Origin: a virus
Taxonomy: Duplodnaviria > Caudoviricetes
IMG/VR virus record: IMGVR_UViG_3300025372_000524
Span: 1-35,171 of that record
Direction: 5' to 3' (one strand)
Length of the DNA stretch: 35,171 nucleotides
Part shown: piece after piece, positions 15,654 to 24,715 of the stretch
Numbering within the stretch: position 1 is the stretch's first letter
Layout: every line of letters starts with the position of its first letter
Made by a program: the position numbers and the translations under genes
Notes under the pieces: generated by a model
The model's input: the letters and a program-made list of their open reading frames with translations, nothing else
What the model was told of the DNA's origin: nothing
The model's database searches: none

Positions 15654-15664
15654 AATAAATAGTT
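15654..15664 (-). promoter_or_regulatory. Putative late-promoter motif AACTATTTATT
   Basis: 3 nt upstream of ATG 15650; 17-nt leader identical to that of the GIY-YIG gene. Confidence 0.65.
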
Positions 15665-16953
15665 TATTCTATGGTTAGCAAGGAATGATCAAAAGGAGGA
15701 TTAGTTACGATAATATTAGTTTCGGCTAAATTAACCTTATTCTTAATCTCTACAGTAGCACAACCTACATCGTAGGTTCCAGGTTCCTCTTGCTCAAACA
15801 TATCAGATAAAAATGCTATATTTTGTGTAAAGAAGTTAGCATCCTTTAATAAATTACCTTTATCATCTCTATTCATATCAACTGTAACTTTAATGTTATA
15901 GTCTTGAGGTTCACCTACTTGGAATACCTTATCATAATCTACTTGGTTATAATATTGCTTAGCCTTAGCCCAATCCTCATCTGAAAACTTTAGTAAATCG
16001 TTAGCTGGAGTATGTTCTAACTTGTAGGCTTCTACTATTTGTTCTTTTATTTGTTGATTAGGTAACCATACTCTTGGAAAGAACATTTCTATTTGGAAGA
16101 AGTCTTGAGGTGTTCCACCAACCCAAACCATATCCATATCGTATCTGATCAACTTCTGTTCTCCGTGATTAAACCTACCCCACTTTCTAGTAAACCTTCT
16201 AAGTTCAATATGATCTGCATGACTTTGAATCTCAGTTCTCTTTTGAGCTTCTTCATTACTTTTATCAAACCAGTTCTTACCTCGTGAAGTTACACAACTA
16301 AAATGGTAAACGTTTGCATTAAAGGTTTGTTTAATCTTAACTCCTTTCTGAACAAATCTCTGAAGTAGATCAGAATCTTCTCTTGATCTTCTGTACAAAG
16401 TATCGTAGCCACCTACATCCATCCAAACCTTTTTGTAGAATGTGAAAGGTGCAAAGAAGAACTCAGTGGTTTTGTCTTTCCTTTCTTTTGCTGAGAATGC
16501 TAAGAACTCATCCCATTTAAATTCATTTGGATCTGTTCCAAAGTCTTCTGTAATAGTTTGCTCAGATGTTCCATGTAAAGGTGGTTCTATTCTTGTAGCA
16601 CTCAATATACAATTATCTTCTAAAGCTTCTAACACATGCATATCGTAGTCCTTACTAATAACCATATCACTTTGCAAATAGCTTACAACCTCATGCTTAG
16701 CTAATTCTACTAATAAATTATTATTACGAGAGTATCCTATGCAAGGATTTACTTTGTGAGTTATAATTTTAAGATCGAAAAAGTCTTTCTTTTGTTCTCT
16801 TAAATAATCAACTGTACCTTCATTATCTGAATCTACAAAGATTAAGATCTCATGCTCTTTACCTGCTAAGTTTTCTTTCAAAGACTTTAAAAGTAACTTC
16901 ACATGGTCGAGTGTATTAACCGACGTGTTTACCAAAAAACTAATTTGTTGCAT
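15664..16953 (-). CDS. Glycosyltransferase family 2 (GT-A) with C-terminal extension
   Basis: ISFLVNT, IFVDSDNEGT, YLQSDMV, VGGYD...REDSD, VYHF. Confidence 0.85.
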   Translation of the reverse strand: MQQISFLVNTSVNTLDHVKLLLKSLKENLAGKEHEILIFVDSDNEGTVDYLREQKKDFFDLKIITHKVNPCIGYSRNNNLLVELAKHEVVSYLQSDMVISKDYDMHVLEALEDNCILSATRIEPPLHGTSEQTITEDFGTDPNEFKWDEFLAFSAKERKDKTTEFFFAPFTFYKKVWMDVGGYDTLYRRSREDSDLLQRFVQKGVKIKQTFNANVYHFSCVTSRGKNWFDKSNEEAQKRTEIQSHADHIELRRFTRKWGRFNHGEQKLIRYDMDMVWVGGTPQDFFQIEMFFPRVWLPNQQIKEQIVEAYKLEHTPANDLLKFSDEDWAKAKQYYNQVDYDKVFQVGEPQDYNIKVTVDMNRDDKGNLLKDANFFTQNIAFLSDMFEQEEPGTYDVGCATVEIKNKVNLAETNIIVTNPPFDHSLLTIE

Positions 16954-17725
16954 TCTTTATTTTATTATATGTTATTTTTACTCCCTCTTCTAATCCGATA
17001 AATTCAATTGGTAACTTGGTACGGTATTTTGATACGTAATCCTCTCCAATTCTTTCTCCATTTACTACATCGGCTTTATAATCACCTAGATTAGTTATAA
17101 GCGTAGCTAACCCAAATAGGGAATAAAAAGATTCGTGATAAACACAATCAAACTCCTTAGGTGGATTCTCTTCGTTAATGTAATATTCTACAACTTTAAC
17201 TAAGTCCTGCATGTAGAAGAAGTCCATAAATTTAACCTCGTGTATTTGTATTGGTTCTTTATTTATGTATCTTTTAATGTTAGCTTTAATGAATCTAGTA
17301 TCTAATTCATTCTCATCAAATACTCCAAAGATTTTAATATTATAAAAATTATCTTGGTTTAAAATAGACTTAGCAATAACTTTCTTACTGTAGCCATAAG
17401 GTTCACTTGGCATATAAGTTTCAGCTCCTGAACCGAAATGAAGTAATCTAGTAAAGCAATGTTTATTTGCAAGTAAGTTATAGTACATAGTAAGATTCTT
17501 ATCTAACACGTTCCAATCATCCTTTGTCAATCTACTTCCTCCTGCTACTGCACAATGTATAACCACATCAAAGAAATCTGCTTGACTAAAATAATCTCTA
17601 ACAGCTCTCGAGTCGCATAGATCTACTACACTTCTATTAATGGCGCTCACTTCATGCTCATCTTTTAAAGCATCGTGTAAGGACTTTCCTATGTATCCGT
17701 TAGCTCCTGTAATTAATACTCTCAT
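16940..17725 (-). CDS. NAD-dependent epimerase/dehydratase/reductase (extended SDR)
   Basis: ITGANGYIG, VIHCA, GSGAE, YGYSK. Confidence 0.9.
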   Translation of the reverse strand: MRVLITGANGYIGKSLHDALKDEHEVSAINRSVVDLCDSRAVRDYFSQADFFDVVIHCAVAGGSRLTKDDWNVLDKNLTMYYNLLANKHCFTRLLHFGSGAETYMPSEPYGYSKKVIAKSILNQDNFYNIKIFGVFDENELDTRFIKANIKRYINKEPIQIHEVKFMDFFYMQDLVKVVEYYINEENPPKEFDCVYHESFYSLFGLATLITNLGDYKADVVNGERIGEDYVSKYRTKLPIEFIGLEEGVKITYNKIKNATN

Positions 17726-18204
17726 TATCTCTTTAAGTTTATGTAAGTTGCTTTTGCTCTTGTTGTACTATATTTAAAAATACTTGTTAATTCTTCTTTA
17801 GTCTCTGGATGGTAAGTTTCTACATTATCAAAGCTACTCATAATTCTCTTATCATCTTCAGACCAATGTGAAAAACCTAAGTAACCATAATCTTGATCTC
17901 TACCACCACCAATAATATTTACTGGAATCTTTTCGTGATCTAAATAGTTCCTAATCATCTCAAAAGGTCTGTAGATAGCAAATGGTGTGATAGAATAAAC
18001 ATACGGAATCTTTCCTTCCATAGCTAATCCAATTCCCATTCCCATCATAGCCATCTCAGAAGATCCTACATTAAAGAATCTATCAGGATAAGTATCTCTA
18101 ATTTCATCCCATAGTCCGTATCCTAAGTCTCCTGTAATAAGATAGATGTCTTTATTAACTTCCATCTCGTTTAAAAGTAACTGTGCAAATATTCTTCTAG
18201 TCAT
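17725..18204 (-). CDS. Transketolase-like subunit, pyrimidine-binding domain only
   Basis: TGDLGYG, PDRFFNVGSSEMAMMGMGIGLAMEG, RPFEMIR, GFSHWSEDD; only 159 aa. Confidence 0.88.
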   Translation of the reverse strand: MTRRIFAQLLLNEMEVNKDIYLITGDLGYGLWDEIRDTYPDRFFNVGSSEMAMMGMGIGLAMEGKIPYVYSITPFAIYRPFEMIRNYLDHEKIPVNIIGGGRDQDYGYLGFSHWSEDDKRIMSSFDNVETYHPETKEELTSIFKYSTTRAKATYINLKR

Positions 18205-18826
18205 TTTGTGAGTTTAAAACGTGATTGTAATTATCTTCATTCATTACATGGTAGTGTGCATTTAAACCTTTCAAGAAAGTATACTGCTCTACGCTTGTAG
18301 TTCTAATATGAAGTTGGTTAGTTGGTAAGAAAGCTTCTAATCTTTTTGTTAAGTAATCGGAATCTACTTCTTTATAAGCTGCATAGCCGTTTACATTAAC
18401 AAATACTTCTATGTTTTTAATACCACACTCGTGTATAGTTTTTAACGCTTCCCAGATACTTCCTTCAGCAGCTTCACCATCACTAATCAATACCCAAACC
18501 TTTCTTTTAGGATTAGCCACTGCTCTACCTAAAGCTATTGTTAAACCTAGTCCTAAAGATCCTGTAGAACAATAGATTCCATTCTCTTCATCTCTGTGAG
18601 GATGTCCGCCATGCTTTTTAAATAACATCTCTGCATCTATTCCTTTATACTTTTCTAATACAGCATACAAAGCTAATGCAGCATGTCCTGAAGATAAGAT
18701 GAAAATATCTTTTGTATCCATCTGAGAATAGATTTCATCTATAATACCTACACTAGAGAAATAACTTCCTAAGTGTCCTAGTTTGTTCTTGTAAGCAATT
18801 TCTGCTATTCGTTTTTTTAAGCTCAT
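18197..18826 (-). CDS. Transketolase-like subunit, TPP-binding domain
   Basis: GHLGS, ILSSGHAA, GHP, STGSLGLG, SDGE..EGSIWEA...NVNG TPP motif. Confidence 0.9.
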   Translation of the reverse strand: MSLKKRIAEIAYKNKLGHLGSYFSSVGIIDEIYSQMDTKDIFILSSGHAALALYAVLEKYKGIDAEMLFKKHGGHPHRDEENGIYCSTGSLGLGLTIALGRAVANPKRKVWVLISDGEAAEGSIWEALKTIHECGIKNIEVFVNVNGYAAYKEVDSDYLTKRLEAFLPTNQLHIRTTSVEQYTFLKGLNAHYHVMNEDNYNHVLNSQND

Positions 18827-19788
18827 TACCAGATAAATTTATTTTTATAATAGTGTACTATGTATGGTATTTCCGTATCAAATTTTACTTGAGGTGTCCA
18901 ACCTAACTCTCTTAATTTAGAATCATCTAAAGCATATCTAACATCCTGACCTTTTCTTGAATAAGATAAGTCTAAGAATAGCTTAACATTATCGTCTGCC
19001 ATATCCTTATCAATATACTCTTTAATTACTTTCTTAACTGTATCTAAGTTTGATTGTTCATATCCACCAGCTATGTTATAGATTTCATTTTCTACTTCAG
19101 CTTCAATAATAGTAGTGATAGCTTTAGCTGTATCACTAGCATGTAACCAGTTTCTAATAGGAGTACCATCATTATGCAAAGGTATCTTCTTTCCTAACTT
19201 TAAGAACTTACAAGCCTTTGGAATTAACTTCTCTACGTATTGACCTGCACCATAATTGTTTGTAGGTCTTACAATAATGTAAGGTAGGTTATAAGTTCTA
19301 GCCCAAGCAAGCACTAACATATCTGCTGCTGCCTTAGTAGCTGAATAAGGATTGGATGGTTTAAGTAAGTCTGTTTCTGTGTGAGCGCCTTCGTCAATAT
19401 CCCCATATACTTCATCAGTACTAAAATGTAAGAAGATAGGTTTCTTTGCAGACTCTTGTCTATAGTTCTTAATTAGTTCTAATAAGTGATGTACACCATT
19501 TACATTTGAATGTACAAACTCATCGCTATTAGCTATTGAGTTACCTACGTGAGTTTCAGCTGCTGTGTTAATAATATAATCACATTCGTATAAAAACTTC
19601 AAATCGTTAATATCTTCATTCTCGAATTCAAAATTATCATATTCATGAAACTCTCGTAATACATCTAAGTTAGCAGCGTAGGTACATTTATCAACACCCA
19701 TTACATACCAACCTTTGTTTAAACACTCTCTTGTAACATGCGATCCTATAAATCCTAGACAACCTGTTACATAAACTACTTTTGTCAT
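18826..19788 (-). CDS. rmlB: dTDP-glucose 4,6-dehydratase
   Basis: TGCLGFIG, DKCTYA, AAETHV, STDEVYG, PSNPYSATKAA, RPTNNYG, EKLIP, RKGQDVRY; ATG at 19788 preferred over the TTG at 19806. Confidence 0.9.
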   Translation of the reverse strand: MTKVVYVTGCLGFIGSHVTRECLNKGWYVMGVDKCTYAANLDVLREFHEYDNFEFENEDINDLKFLYECDYIINTAAETHVGNSIANSDEFVHSNVNGVHHLLELIKNYRQESAKKPIFLHFSTDEVYGDIDEGAHTETDLLKPSNPYSATKAAADMLVLAWARTYNLPYIIVRPTNNYGAGQYVEKLIPKACKFLKLGKKIPLHNDGTPIRNWLHASDTAKAITTIIEAEVENEIYNIAGGYEQSNLDTVKKVIKEYIDKDMADDNVKLFLDLSYSRKGQDVRYALDDSKLRELGWTPQVKFDTEIPYIVHYYKNKFIW

Positions 19789-19789
19789 T

Positions 19790-21475
19790 TTATTTTTGTT
19801 TTTCAATTATATTTTTATAATACATATCATATAGCATATCATTGTTTAAAGGCCACTTAAAGCAAGCTTCGAAGTTAATCTTAGCATACTCCAACATAGA
19901 CTCATACTTTTCAGGTGATAAGCTATTCATAATTTGATCTAACTCTTCCTGATTATTAAAATACAAAATTCCTCTCGTATCAAAAAATTTATTTATGTTC
20001 AAACATCCATGATAGATTGGAATAGTTCCAGTTAAGAAACATTCTGTTATCTTCTCAGTAAAGTAGTAATCATCATTCTCTACGTTTTCAATTGCTACAC
20101 TGAACATATAATCTCTAAGACCGTCTAACTTACTGGCTAGTTCTTTTCCCATTCCACGTCCATATAAATCTACTTTGTCTTTAATAGACTTTATAAATTC
20201 TAATCTCTTCACGTGACCAGGTAAGAAAGCTTTGTTTGAAGCTATTGCTGAAACTAACTTACTCTTCTTGTATATTTGGAATACGTCACTAGGTAATTCA
20301 TATGTTTCTATTGAATCAGACTTACATGGTTGATACCCTACTGAGTTTGGTAAGCAGTTGAAATGAGTTACAAATAAAGGAGGAGTAAACTTAGCATTAG
20401 GAATTTTCTCAAGTAGATCTTTATCAAAGGTCAATACTGTATCAAACTTATCATAGTTCTTGAGAATTAAATCATAATACTCATTCTTAAAATAACCTTT
20501 ATGCTCTAACAGTCTAGCAACTACCGGCTTGTCTGTTTGTATGTTATACCTACCCTCCAAGTAGTTCTTAATTCCAGAGTCAACTATTACTGTCATATCA
20601 AATTCTCCAGAAGGTTGTTCGTAGCAATATGTAAACTTTGTAGGTATGTCATAGAGCTCAGCATAATAATCGATAGGAAACAAGTTTACTTGCGGTAATT
20701 TCGTTCCATTTAATCCTTTGGTGTATACTTTCCTATTTCTAATTTCAACCTCATATTTCGTGTTATCTTGGCTTTCTCGCTCTCTAGTTCTAACTGCATT
20801 AGACTTTGATTGATTGTATACGCAAGTGTAGAAGTCTACAACTCCTATCTTTTCTTCACCGCACATCTCTAAAGCTGGGTACTGCCAAGCTAAATCTGAA
20901 GCATGCCAGTAGTACTTATCATCTATATTAGACTTCAGATCTTCTCTGTCAATTTGTTTCCATAAAGAATATCTAAAAGTTCTTAGGTGAGAAGCTCTCC
21001 ACTGATCTCTTCTATAAAACTTATGATCGTGTATAAATTTAGGATAAGGAGTTGATTGTGGAAAAGGTAAGGCTGTATTACCTTCACCATCCCAGCATAC
21101 AAATCCACCATAAGTCATCCAACAATCCTTCTCATTATAGAAATCGTTTAACTTCTGAAGTACATTCTCATCGTAGAACCAGTCATCTCCATCTAAGTGA
21201 ATTAAGATGTCTTCATCATCAGGAAAAATATGCCTAACGTACTCTATGTAATTGTAGGCAGCTCCTTGGTTAGTTTCATTTCTAATTACTTTCCAGTTAG
21301 GTAAGTCTCCTACAATAGTACAAACTTGACTATAGGTTTCATCTGTTGAATTATCGTCTATGTATAGAACTTGGTAGTTAGTATAAGTTTGATTTAGTAT
21401 ACTAGCTAAGTTGTATTCAATCCAATCTTCGTTATTGTACGAAGGAACTATTATTATAAAGTTGTTTTGCTTCAT
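19790..21475 (-). CDS. Bifunctional glycosyltransferase: N-terminal GT2 plus C-terminal GT10 (alpha-1,3-fucosyltransferase-like)
   Basis: IIVPSYN, IDDNSTD, LDGDDW (GT2); YMFSVAIEN...YFTEKITECFLTGTIPIYHG (GT10 signature). Confidence 0.88.
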   Translation of the reverse strand: MKQNNFIIIVPSYNNEDWIEYNLASILNQTYTNYQVLYIDDNSTDETYSQVCTIVGDLPNWKVIRNETNQGAAYNYIEYVRHIFPDDEDILIHLDGDDWFYDENVLQKLNDFYNEKDCWMTYGGFVCWDGEGNTALPFPQSTPYPKFIHDHKFYRRDQWRASHLRTFRYSLWKQIDREDLKSNIDDKYYWHASDLAWQYPALEMCGEEKIGVVDFYTCVYNQSKSNAVRTRERESQDNTKYEVEIRNRKVYTKGLNGTKLPQVNLFPIDYYAELYDIPTKFTYCYEQPSGEFDMTVIVDSGIKNYLEGRYNIQTDKPVVARLLEHKGYFKNEYYDLILKNYDKFDTVLTFDKDLLEKIPNAKFTPPLFVTHFNCLPNSVGYQPCKSDSIETYELPSDVFQIYKKSKLVSAIASNKAFLPGHVKRLEFIKSIKDKVDLYGRGMGKELASKLDGLRDYMFSVAIENVENDDYYFTEKITECFLTGTIPIYHGCLNINKFFDTRGILYFNNQEELDQIMNSLSPEKYESMLEYAKINFEACFKWPLNNDMLYDMYYKNIIEKQK

Positions 21476-21478
21476 ATC

Positions 21479-22420
21479 TTATTTATTGAAGAATTGTGTA
21501 CAGTTACACTCTTCTCTGAAAAACTTTTTAGTGTCTTCGTTAAACCAAGTTGTTTTAAAGTCGTCAATCATCTCAGCAAACTTATCTGGAGTCTTAGCTC
21601 CCATACCTTCTACAAAGTGAAAGCACTTAATTTGTTTATCTTCGTGAGTGAATAACTTACCGTCTTTAGTATACCAACTATGAATAGGAGAAGGTTGCCC
21701 ATCTAATAGATTTCTTTCTGCTAACCACTCATAAGGAAAACCATGTATGTTTCTAGGCCAGCAGTTAATAATCTTACCTTTACTAATCATCTCTGCTCTT
21801 GGCACTCCTTTGGATCTTACGTTATACGAAAACTTACTCAAAGGATAAGGAGAATCTACAACTTTTACTTCAAAAGATTTATCTGACCAAGCTAGTTGGT
21901 TTAATCCTCCCTGGATTGAAAAGTGTGTATAGTTTTCAATACTCAATTCAATTACCTTTTGTAAAGCATCTGCATTATTAAAACAAACTACATCTGCATT
22001 AATATTCATATGATCTATTTCCTTTCTACCATCTGGAAGTGTTACTTCAATAGTTGGGGAAGACCAGTACTCTGTATCTTCGTGTATGTAATAATTTAAG
22101 GTAGCTAATACTGGAGTAGTGTCATTATCTAAGAATTCATCCAATCTACCACATACAATAGTATCTGTTCCTAAGATTATTACTTTTTGGTAATTATGCT
22201 TCTTCATTATCTCAAAAGCATAAATGTACTGCATTAGGAAAGTCTCTGGTGCAAACTCAAAGTACTGTAAGGAATCGTTATACTCTTTTTGATTGGTTTG
22301 ATCTATTTGATAGAAGTCACATTCATCTCCATTGAACTTCAAGAAGCTACTTCTTACATTTGTCATTAACTCAGCGTAACGCTCGTCTGTACAAAAAACT
22401 ACACAGGCTGTTTTTTTCAT
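21479..22420 (-). CDS. Putative GT8-like / GT-A glycosyltransferase, divergent
   Basis: YQKVIILGTDTIV (degenerate DxD), INADVVCF, IQGGLNQL, CFHF correspond to GT8-type motifs. Confidence 0.6.
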   Translation of the reverse strand: MKKTACVVFCTDERYAELMTNVRSSFLKFNGDECDFYQIDQTNQKEYNDSLQYFEFAPETFLMQYIYAFEIMKKHNYQKVIILGTDTIVCGRLDEFLDNDTTPVLATLNYYIHEDTEYWSSPTIEVTLPDGRKEIDHMNINADVVCFNNADALQKVIELSIENYTHFSIQGGLNQLAWSDKSFEVKVVDSPYPLSKFSYNVRSKGVPRAEMISKGKIINCWPRNIHGFPYEWLAERNLLDGQPSPIHSWYTKDGKLFTHEDKQIKCFHFVEGMGAKTPDKFAEMIDDFKTTWFNEDTKKFFREECNCTQFFNK

Positions 22421-23109
22421 AAACTATTATCTATTAAACTTGTATCAAATGGTATCACACCATAATATTTTTTATCTACTGTAATTGGCTTAGCATTTAT
22501 TCCTCTTTTTTGATAGATCTCATATAAAGAAGCTCTCTCTGTAGCAATGTGTACAATGTTGTCTTCATTAACAAGAATGTTACGAGCTATCTTTTCACAA
22601 ACTTCATCTAAGAAATGTCTAGAGCAATACTGATCTTCAAACACTTCTGAGTAGGTTTGCTTGATAAAAGGTGCTCTAATGATCTGATGGTTAGGTAAAA
22701 CAGAAACTATGTACTCAGCTGCTGCTTTTGTTTTACCATACACATTAATCGGATCTAATCTATCTTCAACTGTATAGTTGCCTTTATCACCTCCAAATAC
22801 ATACTCAGAGGAAACATACACAAATTTACAATCTAAACCTAAACAAACCTCAACTAAATTTAAAGTTCCAAGAACATTTATATCCAAAGCCTTCTCTACA
22901 TCTTCTTCACATCCGAAAGTATCTACAAAGGCAGCTAAGTGAATAACTATATCGGGTTGAAATTTATCGACAGTTTTCCTTAGCTGAAAAGCATGCACAA
23001 TGTTACAGATAGTACTATTAGGTGCAAGCACTTCGTGATCCTTTTGTAAGTACTCTACTAGCACTTTACCTAAATGTCCACTACCTCCTGTTACAAATAT
23101 CTTAGCCAT
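22417..23109 (-). CDS. rmlD: RmlD-like NDP-4-keto-6-deoxyhexose reductase
   Basis: TGGSGHLG, PDIVIHLAAFVD, YVSSEYVFGG, PINVYGKTK; shorter (230 aa) than canonical RmlD. Confidence 0.75.
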   Translation of the reverse strand: MAKIFVTGGSGHLGKVLVEYLQKDHEVLAPNSTICNIVHAFQLRKTVDKFQPDIVIHLAAFVDTFGCEEDVEKALDINVLGTLNLVEVCLGLDCKFVYVSSEYVFGGDKGNYTVEDRLDPINVYGKTKAAAEYIVSVLPNHQIIRAPFIKQTYSEVFEDQYCSRHFLDEVCEKIARNILVNEDNIVHIATERASLYEIYQKRGINAKPITVDKKYYGVIPFDTSLIDNSL

Positions 23110-24154
23110 TTACTTGTTGGTTGATCCAGTTAAAAGTTAATTCAACACCTTCCTTTAAAGGACGATCGAATTCAACTCCTACCTTCTCTTTATAAAGTTT
23201 ATTATCTGAATTTCTACCTCTTACTCCTGTAGGACATTTATAGCCATACTTAGCTACAAAGTCATCTCCATCAAGGTTTGTAATTTTAATATCCTTACCT
23301 GAGACATTGATTGCTAATTGAGCTAACTCGTTAATAGTAACCATTTCTTCGGAACCAATATTAACAGGTCCTAAGAAACTATCCTGTCTCATAAAAGCTA
23401 AGGTAGCATTAATACAATCGTCAATGTATAAGAAAGAACGTGTTTGTTGACCATCTCCCCATACTTCAATCTCATCTAAACCTTCTGCTGCTTTTCTACA
23501 CATGGCTGCCGGTGCTTTCTCTTTACCACCTTTATAAGTTCCATAAGGACCAAATACATTATGATATCTAGCTACACGAACATCCAAGTCATAGTTACGA
23601 TTAAAAGCTAAGAATAATCTTTCGCTGAATAATTTCTCCCAACCATATTCAGAATCCGGGTTAGCTGGATAAGCTGAAGCTTCTTCGCAGTTTGGGTTAT
23701 TAGGATCTAGTTGATTGTGTTCTGGATATGCACAAGCTGATGAACTATAAAATACTTTCTTTACTTTCTTTAAAGCAGCTTCGTGGGCTACGTTTAAATT
23801 AATTAAAGCTGAGTTATGCATTACATTAGCATCGTTGTTACCTGTAAAGATATAACCTGCACCACCCATATCAGCTGCTAACTGATAAACTTCATCAAAC
23901 GCTAATGTTTCTGAAAAAGGATAAGGTAAGTACTTGCAAGGTAAAGGCTGACCTAAATAACCTTCCAATCTCATTACTGCTTCTACATTTTTCGGATCGC
24001 GTAAATCATAAAGTAGAAAATCATCTGCTGCTGTTTCCCAATGTTCTGGACGTTTTAAATCTACTCCACGAACCCAAAATCCTTCTTCTTTTAATCTTTT
24101 CACTAAGTGTGAACCTATGAAGCCACCGGCTCCTAATACTAATGCTGTTTTCAT
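23102..24154 (-). CDS. GDP-mannose 3,5-epimerase-like SDR
   Basis: GAGGFIG, VYQLAADMGGAGYI, YSSSAC, PDSEYGWEK, EKAPAAMCRK, GVRGRNSDN are GME-family signatures. Confidence 0.88.
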   Translation of the reverse strand: MKTALVLGAGGFIGSHLVKRLKEEGFWVRGVDLKRPEHWETAADDFLLYDLRDPKNVEAVMRLEGYLGQPLPCKYLPYPFSETLAFDEVYQLAADMGGAGYIFTGNNDANVMHNSALINLNVAHEAALKKVKKVFYSSSACAYPEHNQLDPNNPNCEEASAYPANPDSEYGWEKLFSERLFLAFNRNYDLDVRVARYHNVFGPYGTYKGGKEKAPAAMCRKAAEGLDEIEVWGDGQQTRSFLYIDDCINATLAFMRQDSFLGPVNIGSEEMVTINELAQLAINVSGKDIKITNLDGDDFVAKYGYKCPTGVRGRNSDNKLYKEKVGVEFDRPLKEGVELTFNWINQQVNG

Positions 24155-24160
24155 ATTTTT

Positions 24161-24715
24161 TTATTTAAAGTAAATACCTTCACAAAAAGGCCCACTGTAA
24201 GTATTTTTAATTCTATTCGAAAGTCTATTTTTTAATTCTGCTATACTACCTGCTACTGCTGGAATTTGTAAGTCATCAAATATTACAAACTTATCGTAAT
24301 CGTTTTCAATTCCTAATACTAAGTTTAAATCAAACATAATATCATCGTAGTGGTGCGATCCATCTACTAAGATACAACTGACGTTCTTTACTAATCCAAA
24401 AGCGTCCTCTCTTTTTAAGAAATCTTCTGTTGTAGTTTTATACAAAGTTGCATTAGTTACTTGACTAACGTTATGTCTAGCAATTTCTTCTATGTCAGTC
24501 ATTATGGTACCTTGAGCATCTCTAGTATAACCATCTGAAATAAATGGATCAATTCCAATTATATTTTTATTTGGAAAAGTATTAGCTACTTGAGTAAAAA
24601 AGTGACCATAGTATAACCCTATCTCTAAATAATCTCCAGGGTTGTTTTCTAAGAAACTTAAAATTGGTGAGTGAAAAGCATTACATAAAGCATGTCCTCT
24701 TAAATCTAAACTCAT
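24161..24715 (-). CDS. Class I SAM-dependent methyltransferase (Methyltransf_24-like)
   Basis: YLEIGLYYG, GIDPF, ILVDGSHHY, VIFDD. Confidence 0.85.
   Translation of the reverse strand: MSLDLRGHALCNAFHSPILSFLENNPGDYLEIGLYYGHFFTQVANTFPNKNIIGIDPFISDGYTRDAQGTIMTDIEEIARHNVSQVTNATLYKTTTEDFLKREDAFGLVKNVSCILVDGSHHYDDIMFDLNLVLGIENDYDKFVIFDDLQIPAVAGSIAELKNRLSNRIKNTYSGPFCEGIYFK

Noticed and set aside
17725-18826. Frameshifted or pseudogenised transketolase
   Set aside because: The break falls at the natural domain boundary with a proper overlapping ATG and intact catalytic motifs; two-gene transketolases are well known
12337-19806. Longer N-termini given in the ORF track (starts at 12363, 13564, 19806; also 395 and 2955)
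   Set aside because: They overlap upstream genes or run across the upstream motif; downstream ATGs at 12336, 13534, 19788, 368 and 2880 fit operon spacing better
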